Shown here piece after piece: positions 40,900 through 55,009 of a stretch of DNA of 64,000 nucleotides. The notes under the pieces were generated by a model that searched no databases, was not told where the DNA came from, and was given only the letters and a program-made list of their open reading frames with translations. This stretch comes from Octopus vulgaris (Eukaryota): NCBI GenBank assembly GCA_951406725.2, contig OX597814.1, positions 67,456,001 to 67,520,000 on the forward strand. Reading direction: 5' to 3'. Position numbers and translations under genes: made by a program. Each line of letters begins with the position of its first letter. Position 1 is the stretch's first letter.

Positions 40900-41335
40900 T
40901 CTAGTATAGGCACAAGGCATGGAATTTTGGAAGCGGGGATAATTCGATTAAGTCGACCCCAGAACGTAATGGTACTTATTTCATCGACCCCGAAAGGATG
41001 GAAAGGAAAGCTGACCTCAGCGGAATTTGAACTCAGAATGTAGCGACGGGCGAAATATGCAAAGCATTTCGTCCAGCGTGCCAACAATTCTGCCAGGTTG
41101 CCGCCTTACAGCCTGCAAATATTGGTTTCAAATTTTGGCACATGGCTAGCAAGTTCTGGGGAGGGGCTTAGTCGATTACGTCAACCCTAGTACTCAACTA
41201 GTACTTATTTTATCAACACCGGAAAGATGAAAGGCAAAGTCGACCTCGGCAGAATTTGAACTGAGAACGTTAAGAAGGATGAAATGCCGCTTAGTATTTT
41301 GTCAGGCGCGGTAACGATTCTGCCAGCTCGCGGTC
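40900..41335 (-). mobile_element. Two tandem SINE family C copies
   Basis: Repeated head/body with (AAT)n/(AAC)n tails. Confidence 0.8.
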
Positions 41336-41559
41336 CTATAACAACAACAACAATAACAATAATGATAATAATAATAATTCTTCTTACTAAAGACACAAGG
41401 CTTGAAATTTTGAGGGAAGGAGCTAGTCTATTATATCAACCCTTTTTTATTTTATAAATACCATCATTTTTATTGGTAACGAGTGATACTGAAAAAGTTA
41501 AGTTACATTTGATCAATTGTTGACATATGAAACGTCCTTATGATTTCTTGATGCTATTG

Positions 41560-42420
41560 TAAGCAACTGTGACAAAATGGCAGAGGTCCTGTTGTCGTTT
41601 AGGGAACGTGAGACCATTTGAAAGTGGTATTTCAAATTTGAGAATCTAGTTGAATTCAACGACAATAGAGACGTGAGTTTAGAACAGACGGGTTCTTGAT
41701 TATTTTCAAACACTTGGTCGCATGTGTGATGTGCAGAAGGGGAAATCCGGAAACCTTTGAACAGTAACAAGTGTTATTTCCTCGACTATGGTACTAGGGC
41801 ATTTCACACACTCACCAAGAAAGTCTACCGCACAATGTGCACGCGAAACAGGTATAAATAGTGCAAGCATACGGCTCATTTTTAAATGTGCTAAGTAGAA
41901 ATTGTACATTACAAGATGATTACATGCAGTTAACGATGACGTTCCTGATCGAAGAATCGAGTTTTGTGAGTGGTTTCAGCATATAGTTGGCGAGGATGAA
42001 GAATTTGTGAGAAAGATTGTGCGATCTTATGAATCAAAATGTAAGCTAAATGGAACAGTGAACGACAATTGTGCTTACTGGGAATGAGGAAATCTTTGCT
42101 TGCATGTGAACAAAGCAGTCAATTTATCGGGGGTTAATGTCTGGCGTGGGCTGCTATCAAGATGTTTAAGAGGACCATTTTTGTTACTGATCAAGCGTAA
42201 CTGGACATGCTGCGCACGTTCATTTTATTAGATATACTTTATGGAAATGATGAATTTTTCTTTCAACAAATTGCCTCACCGCCGCACTGCTGCCAAAACG
42301 TGCAAGCTTATCTGGATGAGAAACTGCAAGGACACTGGATAGAACGGAAATGTGCGGTTGAGCTTCTCGCAAGTTCTCCTAACTGCAGACTTTTTACTCA
42401 TTTGTCTTTACTTGAAGTGT
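41560..42420 (+). mobile_element. Decayed Tc1/mariner-superfamily transposase
   Basis: SPRKSTAQCARETGI, DRRIEFCEW, KLNGTVN, VNVW, FFQQIASPPH..VQAYLDEKL..HWI. Confidence 0.75.
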
Positions 42421-42451
42421 ACACACACACACACACACACACACTTACACC

Positions 42452-42505
<54 letters not shown>

Positions 42506-43274
42506 TTATATATATATATATAATTAAAATTATAATTTAGGGCATCTAAGACATACCTCCACGCTGGAAATAGCAGCCAAAACTTGACTCTAAAACCACA
42601 TTAAATGTTCATGTAGCACCAGGAGAGAAAACGAAAGAACAAGATGAACTGGCAAAAAATTACAGTAATTATCCAGTAATTTTTTGCTAGTTCATCTTGT
42701 CCTTTTGTCTTCTCTCCTGGTGCTATATGAACATTTAATGTGGTTTTAGAGTCAAGTTTTGGCTGCTATTTCCAGTGTGGAGGTATGTCTTAGATACCCT
42801 AAATTATGTTTCTAATAATAATTATTACCTTTGAAGGTTTTTATTCCCATGATAGCCACTTGATAAGATCGATAATTAAATTAACGATCTTATCCTTATA
42901 TATATATATATATAGCAATAAAGCCCTAATAAAGTGTCTGAATCCATTTTTGCATTCATATACGGTAACTTACTTTTGGACTACTAGGTAGCAATTACAA
43001 AAACAAAAAACTATCTGAATTTAAAAGAAATTTGTGCTCTGAATAATATGATTGACCAAACTCTTGAAGTCGTGTCTCACCTTGTCCAATGTCCACTGAT
43101 TTAAACTAGTAAGGGAATAAAAGTACAAAATAATGCTTATGATATGTACAAATAAAAGTACAAAATAATGCTTATGATATGTGCCATTGATGCAAATACT
43201 CTCAAGAAGTAAAGATAATTAAATATTGGTCAACATTAAGAGTATTAAATGCTTCATTTGCTTCCTTTTTGCAG

Positions 43275-43349
43275 AATTTGGTCAGAGTTTAAGTAGTAAT
43301 GAGCCAATCCATGTAATACCCATTCGCATAGAAGAAATGGAAAATACCG
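43275..43349 (+). CDS. Host gene cassette exon (75 nt, phase 1-1): EFGQSLSSNEPIHVIPIRIEEMENT
   Basis: tttttgcag|AATTT...AATACCG|gtaaat; differs from 39975-40037 by an in-frame 12-nt indel plus substitutions. Confidence 0.8.
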
Positions 43350-43377
43350 GTAAATATGTATATATATATTTTTATGT

Positions 43378-43436
<59 letters not shown>

Positions 43437-44694
43437 TGTATGTACGTCTATGTAAACATATGTGTGTATGTATATTTAGAAGCATATATTTAGTATGTGT
43501 GCAATGATCATCCATGACCTTTTTAAGAGTTCATCCTTTTTTTGTTCCATGCCAGTTCGGTCTCAGATCTGCTGGGATTGGCTTGCGTAAAGATTAATGA
43601 GTTTAGTTCCTTATGAGGGGAGGGAGAGGAGAAGAGGAAAATAGGGTAGGTGTGTGTAAACGTCTAGTTTGCATGTTTGTGTGGTCGAGTCGGTTCTGTG
43701 AGTGAATGTGTATGTTTGTCTTGTGTGTGTGTATGTATGTGTGTATGCATGTATGTATGTGTGTGTGTGTGTGTGAGTGCGTGCTTATCTGAGTGCATTC
43801 CAGTATGTATTTTCATATCTGCGTGTGCGTGCGCTGTGAATAGGTAAGCGACTGTATGCACGGTTGCGTGTGTGTTTTCTTGTGTGTGTGTATGTGCGCG
43901 TGCGTTCATGTGCGTATGTACGCATGTGTGCGCACGTACCTGAGCATGTGTGTGTGTGTAAGTGTGTATGCATGGTGTGTGTATGTGAATGTGTATGTGT
44001 TTGCTTGTTCTTGCCTTCCTGTGTGTGTGTATTTACGTTTGCGTGTGTGTGAGTACCCGTCCGTGCGTGTGCGTAGATGTGTATGGTTGTGTATAGGAAG
44101 TGTTCATAGCTATATGCATTTATTTGCACGAATTTCCTTATATGTATTTATTGGCACGAATTTCCTTATATCCGGCTGTCATTCTAACACAAATTTACAT
44201 CAAGAATCAATGCAAACCAAATACAAAAGTGAAGAAAAACAATTTAGTTTTCTCACAAAATAGAAAGAAGTAAAACCCATCCAGTCTGAAAGCAAGAATT
44301 ATTAAATATTGTAGAAAGATGAAGCACTTGGGTATATTTATCGTAGTGTGGCATATAATTGTTAAATATTCATCGTTTTCATTCATTCTGTCTCTACTTC
44401 TTCTAGGAAAGGTATGAACATCACTCAATCTTACGCCTTAACTTTGCTGTTAACTAAAAAATCAACATGAAGCCATTGACAGCTTGTTAGAAAACTATAA
44501 GCTACCGAACAATATTTTACAATATTACTGGATGAAATTCTGAATTTGTCAGTTTTGCTTGTAATTGTTTTAGAAACAATAAAATAAATCCCATTTAAGT
44601 AATTATACGCCCAACATATTTATGGGCTTTTGCCAACGGAAAATTCTTACTATAGAAAAATACTTATTCGTTTGCAGTTAGTTTTATAAAGGAA

Positions 44695-45904
44695 CTAGCA
44701 TTAAAGACCCGTCGTTGCCGGGTCATAGTGCTAGTGCATTTATATATGTGTATATATGTGTACATATTACATGTACATCTATATATATACATCTACACAT
44801 AGAATACAAAATACAAAGTTATATCTTGATATCGCTAGTGATAACAATACTCAAAATATATAACAGACTGGAATTGTTAGCCCGTCTCTTGTAATTTCGA
44901 TCAATTGCATCTTGTCCTCCCTCTTGTATAGAAGTGTGGCTACAATCCAACGGCTGCAGCGAAATTCATTTTTGGACTTCCTTCTATCGAAGACATTTTA
45001 ACAAAAATACTTCCGTGTAAACGGTGAAAATATTGTCAATTTCCCCAAACAGGGACACAATTCAATTTTTAAACAATAACCAAAGCTCCTTCTCCCAAAG
45101 CGGGAGGGTTACGGTTTACATTTATTTAACAAATGCAACACAACAACGCTTCGCTTACGAGGAACCAACAAACGTGATAACAATAGTTAAACAGAAATAA
45201 TAACAACAAACCTTACGGTAAACCAAAAAGCAGTACTCTGTTGAAGCTATAGGCCTTTATGGATCAGAAATAAACTAACAGCAGTACTCAGTAGAATGCT
45301 TAATGCTAGCTAATTAGCAAATAATCTAATGTAAAAGCCGTGCACACCTCCATCTGGACTATTCCATTTCTGCACTTAAATTTTATTTTTTATTTATTCC
45401 CATTCATGGGAAACTACTGATTCAAGTTCAAGTCATTGATGCAATTTTATACCAATTGCTATATTTTTACTTTTGTTATGTTACGATTATATTATACTTT
45501 AGTTTGATTTTAATTATTATTTACTACATATAATTCAATTGTTATTATTATTTTTATTGTTAAGTGAAAGTATCTGACATAAAATAGAGAAATGTTTTTG
45601 TTTCACGTAATACTGAAATAGTGGAGAAGATATGATATTGCCATGGGCTCGCTCTAGGCAAGAAGTTGAACTTTTTTTTGCCCATGAAACTACATGGACC
45701 CTAAGTAAGGCATGTGTAAAATTTGAATGAAATTGGTTGTGTAGTTCTCAAGTTTTAGGGAATCGTTGTGGAGAAGATATGATATTGCTGTGGGCTCGCC
45801 CTAGGCAAAAAGTTAAAATGAAATTGGTTGTGTAGTTCTCAAGTTTTAGGGAAACACACAGACAGACAGACAGACACACATTCTCAGTTTTATATGTATA
45901 AAGA
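44695..45904 (-). mobile_element. Non-autonomous Helitron
   Basis: 5' A|TCTTTATACATATAAAACTGAGAATG(TGTC)n, 3' GACCCG..CGGGTC hairpin then CTAG|T. Confidence 0.8.
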
Positions 45905-45926
45905 TATGCTTTAATTTTTCTTTCAG

Positions 45927-45962
45927 AGGTTGACGAAGCGTTATGTAATGACGATACAAAGA
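45927..45962 (+). CDS. Host gene short exon (36 nt, phase 1-1): EVDEALCNDDTK
   Basis: ttctttcag|AGGTT...ACAAAGA|gtaagt; consensus splice sites, frame preserving. Confidence 0.6.
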
Positions 45963-46176
45963 GTAAGTATCCAAAATATTCGTTCGTTCATATATCTAAT
46001 TAATAATTCAGCACAAGGGCAGCAATTTTTTTTTTTTTGGGGGGGGGGGGTAAATCGATCACATCGACCCCAATATTCAGCTGGTACTTATTTTATCGAC
46101 CTCAGAAGGATGAAAGGCAAAGTTCACCCGGTAGAATTTTAATTTGAACCCAGAACGAAAAGATTGACGAAATACC

Positions 46177-46409
46177 TATTTCTTTACTACCCACAAGGGG
46201 CTAAACACAGAGGGGACAAACAAGGACACACAAACGGGTTAAGTCGATTATATCGACCCCAGTGCGTAACTGGTACTTATTTAATCGACCCCGAAAGGAT
46301 GAAAGGCAAAGTCGACCTCGGCGGAATTTGAACTCGGAACGTAACGGCAGACGAAATACCGCTAAGCATTTTGCCCGGCGTGCAAAACATTCTGCCAGCT
46401 GGCCGCCTT
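46177..46409 (-). mobile_element. SINE family C with Tx1/L1-like 3' tail
   Basis: Young-looking copy; tail GTCCTTGTTTGTCCCCTCTGTGTTTAGCCCCTTGTGGGTAGTAAAGAAATA. Confidence 0.85.
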
Positions 46410-46743
46410 TGTGCATCTATGCTATAACGGAGAAAGCTGCTTATTAATTAGGTAGGTAAGAGTTACTGAAAGTACTAAAAGAAAGCAATAATTAAATATT
46501 TTTATAATTTCATGTTCAAAGAAATTTCCTATAATTTCGATTTCTCAAGTTTATTGAATTTTTAAACTCCAATTTCTCGCAAATTTAAATATTCATTGCA
46601 TTCACTGCGTTCAATTCTTCACTAATTTAAATATTCAATGCATTTACTGCAGAGTATTACATTTTTATTTGCAAAGTCTCACTTTCTATTTCAATGCTTT
46701 CATTTCAAGTTTTATTTCGCTATTTGGAAAACCGACAGTTTAT

Positions 46744-48491
46744 TCTATTAATGTATACGTAATGTAAAAACATTATTCATTAAATGATATTTTAAACAAA
46801 AATACACGTATACTTTTTGTAAAAATAATTCAAAAGTGATTTTGTTTTTATGGCTGTTTGGAACGCTATATGCCTTACAATAATAACTATCCGAACCGAT
46901 TTTGGTCATCTTTTTAAACTTAAAAACCATGGGAGGAGCCTTTTCGGTTAAAAAAAAAATGTAGATATTTTCAGAGGAAAAGGTGAACAATTCAAGGGAG
47001 GTTTCGCTATTGTTTCTAGCACGACCCAGACCACCCTCTTTTTTTACTCTCACACGTATCGATGTTTTTTCAATAGTTTTCTCCCATTAAACACATTTTA
47101 TGGAATGATGAGGCCGAAGAAAAACACATGCGTGGTCCATTGGTGGATTATAAACAACAAAATAAACTGTAATCTAAATTTTTAACCCCACCCACCTCAG
47201 TTAAGTGAAGCCTTGTGTGTGTAAGAAAAAATATTTTCTAACCGAAAAGTATGCTATTAAAATGAACTATCATTTATATAACTCGTTTACGCAAATCACT
47301 GTGGATAAATGCCAGCAATAACCTTCTCAGGCTCTCCAATATTTTAATTTCTAAACAGAAACAATCAGGTACAGGAAGTGGGGTTGCAAAAATCTCATAA
47401 TTTCTCAAAAAATTTCTTTTTCATAGCATTTTAATGTATTTATGGGTGGGGGGATATTGAAAAACCTCAATACATGCGAGAGTGATGAAGAAACGAAGAG
47501 GGTTGTTTTTAGATTGCTAAAAACAACGGCCATATCGCTCTTAAATCACTCCCTTTTCCCTCTGAAATTTTTTTTTTTTTACCGAAAACGCTCTTTCCAT
47601 GGTTTTGAAGTGCAAAAGAAATTGACCAAAATAGGTCCGGAGTGGGATGATGAGGGAGCGGGAGTTTAAAAAAAAAAGATTTTTCAAAACATTTTTCATA
47701 CAAAGATGCCAACCTCATCTGTGGTTTAAAAAAATGGGGAAAATCTCCACCAAAATTTTTCCCACAAATTTCTCTATAATCGTAATCTATGCTATATGAA
47801 AGGGATTTGTATAAACTTCCATTAGAAGAATGAGGGAAAAAAGTAAGATCGTATGAATTTTTCGAAACTCTTCTCTCCATCCCCTCGGAAAATTATTTCC
47901 CATAAATCCCTATATACACTGAAGCTACAGCATCTGAGCGGTATTTGTAGAAACTTTTGTTAAAGTGTATCCATTTTTCTGGATGTTATGAGGCAACAAA
48001 GTTGGGGGCGTATACATCTGTAATAATGCTATTTTATTTATACAATTTTTCATTTCATGTTTATTTCATTCATTGTTTGCAATGTTCTCTCTCCCCCACC
48101 CTCTTTCTTTCTTTCCTTCTCTCTCTCTTTCTTTTCCTCTCTCTCTCTTTCTTTCTCCCTCTCTCTCTCTTTCTCTCCCCCCCCTCTCTCTCACACACAC
48201 ACTGCAAAGCTTACAGATGGGTTGCTGAATTGAAATCTCTATTGCTTTGAGGGAAGGTAAAACTTGATAAACTGCTTCTCCCTCTGTTGTTGGACTACCG
48301 TGCTGTTTATTTAAAAAAGAGAGACTACGACTGTGATAAAATAATGGATATTTACTAAGCAAGTGATCACTATTATACAAAGAAATAATTAGACGTAAAA
48401 TATCATAAAAATTATTAGGGTTAGGAATCAAATGTGAAAATATAACCAAGGGGCTAGCAGAAAACCGCTGAAAGGGCGGTCTTTCTGCTAG
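46744..48491 (+). mobile_element. Probable non-autonomous Helitron
   Basis: 3' ACCGC..GCGGT hairpin then CTAG|T at 48488-48492; 5' boundary uncertain. Confidence 0.5.
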
Positions 48492-48606
48492 TATATCTAA
48501 TTAATAAATATTGTTTACATTATAGCAAATGTGTTGAAAAAATTAGTGCAATTACAATACAGACGTTCAAAGAAACAGGCCATTGCAGTTAATTACCTGA
48601 ACGTGT

Positions 48607-48647
<41 letters not shown>

Positions 48648-48962
48648 AATAACGTTTTTTTTTTAATGCATACATTGCCAAACCGCAGACATCCGAGTCT
48701 GTCAAGGGTCGATCTACACGTTGGAATGTAACTCCTTTCTGGAAAATTCTCCCTTGGTGAAATACCCAATTAACTAGTTTCAATATGAAAAATTTAATTT
48801 AATTTAATTTAATTTAATATAATTTAATTTCTCTAATTGAATTAATTGGGTATGGAAGCATCTGTAGGGATAAGAATTTCATATTATATTGATTTGAATA
48901 TCTTTGAACAAACTGATGTCTATATGTCAATTTCTTTATTTCGTTCTTTATCTGATTCGTTC

Positions 48963-49026
<64 letters not shown>

Positions 49027-49435
49027 GACACGCTTCTTCCAGTTTCTGTCTTCCAAATTCACTCACACAGCGTTGGTCGGCACAAGGCTATAGTAGAAGG
49101 CACTTACCTAAGGTGTTACAAAGTGGGAATGAATCCGGAACCATGTGGTTACGAAACATGCGCTTATATAGTCATTAAATTATAGGAAATCATTCATGTC
49201 AATATCTTTAAATATGCAAGGGAACTCATGAAGGACACTCGAAACTTGAAAATCCTTTTCACAGCAGACAAAAGTCTCCCTGTAGGATATGAACACAGGT
49301 ACAGCACACCTGTCAATAATGAAATTGTATAAATAATGGTTGATAAACAGCACTAGTATTGTGACGCTATTTCGCAAAACAGTAAACATTTCGAAAGAAT
49401 ATGTAAAATTCATAAAACGTATTACTCATTCCAGT

Positions 49436-52400
49436 TGTAGTGTGATGGATGAAGAGGACAACAGAAAAAGAAGCAACGGGAGAAAGAAATACAAAAGGCC
49501 TTACCTCGGCGAAATCAGCGGTCTCTACGAATTCAACACGTCCTGTCGCTTTGCCGTCTATGCTGGAACTGCCCCCGCTTCCTCACTGACCACACGTGCT
49601 TCCTCCTTGACCACACGTGCTTCCTGCCACGCATGCACCCTTCAGTCTTCCGCCGACCCCTGCAAGCCCTACTTCCGCCCACCTCATCTGTCATCCTCTC
49701 GACCAACACCACATAGCTCATCACGGCCCATAACGCCGACCGCCAACACCACACGCCACCCCCCGATCTACAGATCACTCAACCGGCTTTTCCACTCACT
49801 CCTCACTCCCGAACTCACACCTTAACTGGTTTCATAATCAGCCAACCAAGGAGGAGGGTGCCGTTCCTTCTGTGGTCGCAGTGCGACCTTAGGACTGGCA
49901 TTGGTTCCTGGCATGTTGCTGCTGGCTTCATCATCTTGTCTACTGATGTTGTCTTCATCTTCTTGCCTACTGTTGTTGTCTTCATCTTCTTGCCCACTGC
50001 TGCTGGTTCCATCCTCTGAGGCATGGACAATCTTCCGTATATCCAAAACGTGGCGTGGCATACCATCGACAGTGATGTTATTCTTCGAATTTATAGAGGT
50101 TATTGTTCCCTTTCCCCATCGTGATGTACACAGTGCGTTTGGGGGTTTTATCCAAATTTCTTCCCCGACCTGCACGAAGGCGTGCTCTTCCTCTGCCCAG
50201 GTCCCATTGATGCAGTACACGGATGCCTCCACTCGTACCTAAATATTGCTCTGTGTGGCACCGACTACTCAGCCTGTCCTGATCTGGGCGACATATTGTA
50301 CCAAAATACAGCCTCGATTGGTGAAATGTGGCCCCTCTCTGCCATGGTCTTGATGGTACGATGCTACCTTTCCACCACCCCATTTCCATTTGGCCGGTAT
50401 GCCACCCTGAAGAAGCGGTTGTCCTTCCACCCATCAAGCATTTCTTTCAGCACCTCCGAGCGAAATGCAATGCCATTATCCAGAAGCACTTCATCTACGG
50501 GGCCTCGTTCCAGGAATATCTCATTCAATACTTTCACAATTTCCTCTGCGGTCCCCGTTTTCATCTCCCTCCATATGGCCAACCGCCCCGGTCTACAGTC
50601 AACCATTGAGAGGTATGTCCCCTGCCGGTAGTGTGTTATGTCCACCGCCAGTTGTTTCCAGTCGTGGTCCACTGGAATACTTCCCGCCTCATGTACGCCC
50701 GGAACGGTCGATGGACTGGCACCTGTCACAGCTGCTAACCACTCTCTGCACGCTCCGTCTTGTTAGATCGGAGTCAACTTTCCTGGCTAGGAACACCGTC
50801 TTGTCCACCCCAATGTGATGCATGGTATGCAATCTCCGCAACTCCGAGTCACTCAGACGGCATACTGCAGCCACAGCCTGCTTCGCATCCTCTGGCACCT
50901 GCAACCAGGCTCGCTTTACCCTTGTCAGGACGTCTACCCTGTTCTTCTCGGAAGGCACAAAGATCACGCTTAGCTTCAGATTGAACTCAGTGGTTAGTTC
51001 ACGCAGTATCCCCAATCGACGCTTTACCAGCATCTCTGCAGCCCCTTTGGTCCGCACCCTCCGCTCATTGGTGATGACTGCTGTCACCCAACCAAGTACA
51101 GTGGCCGAATCAGTCCTGATTTCTATGGTGTGCAACCCCCACTTCAAGGCTAGGTTCACTCCCTTCAACACGGCATCCAACTCCGCCACATTGATATGAT
51201 TGCAGTCATCCGTCTTCCTGAGCTAGGCTGCATCTTCCACCATGACACCTCCCACTTCTAAGACAACCCCTATTGCGATGCTACTGGCGTCACACCATAC
51301 AATCCCGCTCTTTGATTTGGGAACATACCAACTGCCCCTCACTGGGTCCTCTGCTCTTACTCTGACCAAGACTTCCTGTATCATGTCGGTCGTCTTCTCC
51401 CCCATTCTATCGTTCCACTTCACTCCTTCGGCTCGTCTCTTGATGAAGCTACATGCTGTCCAGAGCCATCCTGCAATCGGGTAGTGTCCCACTAGCTTCC
51501 CCACACAGAGAACAGTTCCCGTCTACTCATGCTGGCGCCCAGTTCGGGGATCTCATTTCCTCATCGGAACACCAACGCACCGGCCTTGTCTCTCCATAGC
51601 TTGAGGCCCAGTGCAGCACTTCTCTCTATTGCCTCTGGTGGCTTGGCGATCACTCCAAAACTCTTCAGGTGGCCTATGACCTCCGTTGCTGGCATTACGG
51701 TTTCATCCACCAGAATATCATCAATGTACGAATTGGTGGCCTTTTTTTACTCTGTTTCGTCTTTCCCAGGTTGGCCTTGAGAATTGTTGCCATAATCTTT
51801 GGCGCTGAATTCAGTCCGAACCCCAACCTGGTCAGACAGTACGTCCGGCCCTTATACCTGACAAGCTGATACTTCCACAGTTTCTCAGCCACATGCACCT
51901 GTAGGTATGCCGACTTCAAATCAACGATCGTGGAGGCCCCTGTCATCTGCCTCCTCTCCCGCAATGTGTCTCCTCAGACATCTGTGGCCTCGCCGCCTGT
52001 ATGAAATGATACGTGGTCATTCAGCTCTCGGAAGTCAAGCACTGGCCTGACCTTATGCTTTGTGGGCTGTACCACCGCCATCAGTGGCAGGACTACGCTC
52101 TCTTCTTTTCCAAGAGATCAATATACCCTCCTTAATCCACCGCTCCACCTCCCTCTCGAACTCACTTCTGGCATCTCCTTTTAGAGTATGCTGATAGCAG
52201 CCCACTTTATTCTTTAACGTCGGGGGCTCCCCCTTCCAGAGCCACTCCACTGTCCACCTCTGGCCATCGAAGACAGCCCGAAAATCCTGGTCTTCAATGG
52301 CGTGTGCAGCATGCTTTTCCTCACGGTTGTCACCAGTGCATGGTCTCGCCATACACAGTTTCCCCACAAACCCGAACGTTACGCCGGCCTCGTTAACAGT

Positions 52401-53807
52401 GACACCTCCCAAACGAGTGATTGCGTCCATCCCCATCACCACGTCAATCTCGTCCACCAAGTGGCCAACTTCAATTGCTTGCAGTGTCAGCCTTATTCCA
52501 TGCACTACAATCTGCGCATCTGTAACGCCTTCACAGTGTACTTCTCTTCTGTCGACTGCTCTTACACTGCTTTCTCCACTCCATGTCTCTACCACTTCTG
52601 GAGTCATCAGGGTTGTCGTACAGCCCGTGTCCACAAGGGCTCGCGACATCTTCCCCTCCACCAGAATGTCGACTTCAGGTAATGACGATAAGCGCGCCTC
52701 TATTGATCCAAAGGGACAACTACTAGCGCAGTAGTCTCCCTCAGTCCGTTTCCCTGCAGACATTCGTTGGCTATATGTCCCGTTTCTCGACACCGGTAGC
52801 AAATGACCTCAGGTTTGGGTGACTCGCAGTCTCGCACCATGTGCGGACCCTGGCACCGGAAACACTGTCCTTTGAATGGTCGCACACGTTCTTTCTTCGA
52901 CCCCTTTCCGCTGCTCCTAGCTCGGCCACTTTTCGTTGTTGCAGTCGCTGCTACCGACGTCCTTCTGATGCACGAAACTAGAACGCGTGCCCGAGATACG
53001 ATGTCTGCCATCGCCATCGAATGAATGTTTGGAAGCTGCTGCAACTCGACCGACATGTTGTCAGGAAAGCCAGTCACAAACGCCAACTTAACCGTCCGGT
53101 CCAGAGACTCTCCCTCATAACCCGCCAGTTTAGCCAATCTCCTGAGTTCATTGGCAAATACGTCAACCTGTTCCCCAGTCCATCTTGTTTTCCCCAGGCG
53201 AGCGTATGCCTTAAACATTCCCTCTGTTAAGGCCTCCATCAACCGGATTTCTACTTTCTCCGCGCTAAGTTGGTCCTTCTCTTCCATCTCTAGATACAGC
53301 GCCAATGCTGAACCATCCAAGTACAGCGGTATAAAACTAGCTAGGTCGCTTATACCGTGGTGCTTCGCCACCAACTTCACCTTCTTTAACCAAGTGATTA
53401 CATCTGTGTCACCGCAAAATGGTTTGATCTTCTCGTTCGAAATACGGGCACTATTCGTTCGTTTTTTTTTTTGTTTTTTTTTATGAGCCGAAATAGCTTG
53501 TAGTGTGATGGATGAAGAGGACAACAGAAAAAGAAGCAACGGGAGAAAGAAATACAAAAGGCCTTTACTCGGTGAAATCAGCGGTCTCTCACGAATTCAA
53601 CACGTCCTGTCGTTTTGCCGTCTATGCTGGAACTTCCCCCGCCTCCTCGCTGACCACACGTGCTTCATCCTTGATCACACGTACTTCCTGCCACGCACGC
53701 ACCCTTCAGTCTTCCGCCGGCCCCTGCAAGCCCTACTTCCGCCCACCTCATCTGTCATCCTCTCGACCAACACCACACGGCCCATAACACCGACCGCCAA
53801 CACCACA
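49436..53807 (-). mobile_element. Full-length Gypsy LTR retrotransposon (about 4.4 kb), frameshifted
   Basis: TG..CA LTRs 49436-49753 and 53499-53807, CCAGT TSD both sides, G-rich PPT, gag with two CCHC knuckles, protease LVDTG, RT YIDD, RNase H, integrase in PR-RT-RH-IN order. Confidence 0.95.
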
Positions 53808-54361
53808 CCAGTATTCTCTCATCTTCTGAAATGGTTAAGATAGTTATCAATTTCAGATACAGCAGATTTACCCAGGAACAGGATATGAAACCGACTAATC
53901 ATTCAGCTGCAAAAACTTTTATGCCATTCATATCAGGGAACAAGATGAGTTCAGCTAAATTCTGTCATTATCCAAAGAGGTAACCAGTTAGTTCGCGAGA
54001 CAGGAAAATTTGGCTTCATGAGAAAAAATCAACACAAGTTAAGGGAAGAGAACTGCATTCACCATGCAGATGCTTTCACCACTGACGGTGACAGGATTAC
54101 TTTGTTGCTTGCAGGAACGAACTCTATTTTTACTTCTGTCTATATTTCTGTATATAAGGTGGTGGGCCACATTTGCTTATTTAATACCCGATGTTCCTCC
54201 CTGCGAAAAAGTAAAGTATTTTGTTGGATTCAGTGCTTTGTTGAAATATTTTGATGCTCAGACTTTGCAATTCGAGTCCTTCATTCTAAGTGACCACCAA
54301 GTTCCTTATATTCACATACATTCTCTCATACATACATACATACATACATACATACATACAT

Positions 54362-54432
<71 letters not shown>

Positions 54433-55009
54433 TATATATATATATATATATACAAAATTTATAGGACTTATCACTAAAAGTGGACAGTCTATATGCTAGA
54501 TATAGACGTCAAAATCGCACTGAAATCGGAAATTTACTCTGCAGTTAATAAACTACAGCAGTGAACTTACCGGTTAGAGAACATTTTATTATTTTCGTAT
54601 ATTTTCATTTGTCTTGCTTATTTTTACGCACGCTTTGGTTTTTTGCTGAGTTTTTTCTTGAGAACACATTCTTCGTGGAAAATACCGATTTTGACGTCTA
54701 TATCTAGCATATAGACTGTCTCTTTTTAGTGGTCAGTCCTGTAAATTTTGTAAGTAAAAAAAAGTTTGTATGTAAAAAAAAATATTTTTTTAAAATATGC
54801 TAGGCCACTGATTTTAATTGATTAATATCAATTTCTACCCTTATTTAAATTATATATGAATATATATATATATATATAGGTATTCATACATATACATGTA
54901 TATGATATATGCAAATACATAATAAATAGACACATACACACAAGAAAGCTATGTTCATTATATAACGAATGTGTTTTACATACATATATCGTTCTTTACA
55001 ATATTTCAG

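Noticed and set aside
44407-44411. 5-nt micro-exon candidate (ctag|GAAAG|gtatga); similarly 17 nt at 23473-23489
   Set aside because: Not frame preserving and no supporting homology.
49340-53843. Plus-strand ORFs over the LTR element
   Set aside because: Antisense shadows of gag/pol and LTR read-throughs.
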